A DNA stretch of 60,972 nt, counting the filler, from Gonapodya sp. JEL0774 (Eukaryota), in NCBI GenBank assembly GCA_027604505.1. It is 13 parts of 13 records of this genome, joined end to end, with 100 filler letters (N's around TTAATTAATTAA, not from the genome) between each part and the next. Parts side by side here need not be neighbours in the genome. Positions count along the whole stretch, not along the records: positions 56,395 to 60,972 come from JADIIX010000912.1; 12 more parts are not named here. One strand, given 5' to 3'. Of this stretch, positions 60,558 to 60,972 are shown in pieces; positions within the stretch are counted from its first letter, which is position 1; the number at the start of each line of letters is the position of its first letter. Under the pieces are notes generated by a model, which saw nothing but the letters and a program-made list of their open reading frames with translations, was not told the DNA's origin and did not search any database. The position numbers and the translations under genes are program-made.

Positions 60558-60972
60558 TTAATATCTTGGTATCTTCCGCTCAGCCCTGAAACCTGGAGAA
60601 GAGCGCGCTTTTGCTAAAATAGGCATTAAATCATTTCCACATATTTCCCAAGGAGCACAACATTCCTGAGAACCTACCCCAGTCTCCAAACGTCATCATC
60701 ATCTTCAACCAGCTATGAATAGCCGCCGCGCACGAGTTAGAGAGCTCTTCGCCGGCCGCTCGCACGACAAAGGCAACGTGGATGTCCTCGGTACCATCGT
60801 TGGCCCCTCCGCGGTAGTCCAAAGGGGGTTCAAAAGATGCCCACTCTGTAACAAGGGTTGGGGAGTCTTTGGTAGCGCGAAGGCAATCGACGAGATCCGG
60901 GTAGAATATATTGGGTTGGCAGCTGTCGAGCTTCTCCTTCATCTTCTTGCTGGCGATTTGGTAAAGGTTCTG
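60558..60972 (-). CDS. Convergent paralog carrying the same unnamed C-terminal domain (5' partial)
   Basis: LVTEWASFEPPLDYRGGANDGTEDIHVAFVV...WLKMMMTFGDW, with a phase-1 GTAGGT intron at the same position, then AKARSSPGFRAERKIPRY*. Confidence 0.7.

Noticed and set aside
1..60972. tRNA, rRNA, CRISPR arrays, operons or a variant genetic code
   Set aside because: None seen by eye. Genes are spliced and eukaryotic, and intact genes end normally in TAG, TGA or TAA.

Overview
This window is not one locus. It is 13 unrelated small contigs (4622 down to 4578 bp, in decreasing length order) joined by artificial N44-TTAATTAATTAA-N44 linkers, so neighbourhood only has meaning inside a contig. The DNA is eukaryotic, with short GT-AG introns and the standard genetic code. 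The gene set fits an early-diverging (chytrid-grade) fungus. A Gonapodya/Monoblepharidomycete-like identity is my recollection-based guess and is not verified. Recognisable genes are an ATG27/M6PR-like sorting receptor, a Ctr copper transporter, a secreted Reeler-domain protein, three F-box proteins, a 2OG-Fe(II) dioxygenase, a PARG, a deaminase-fold fragment, a hotdog thioesterase, a MET1/siroheme synthase, a plant-type LRR receptor-like protein, a BTB protein, a CLASP-like C-terminus, an ankyrin protein, an MFSD6-like transporter, FAN1, an HSDL2-like SDR and a DUF1264/OBAP protein. The best leads are an intronless canonical-type PARG whose GGG loop is replaced by HIH, lying next to a deaminase-fold gene and a Cys-rich F-box gene; an F-box-SUKH fusion; and two convergent paralogs that share a domain I cannot name. 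I found no rRNA, tRNA, CRISPR array or intact transposon. Exon boundaries were inferred by eye, and I cannot prove any complete new system from sequence alone.
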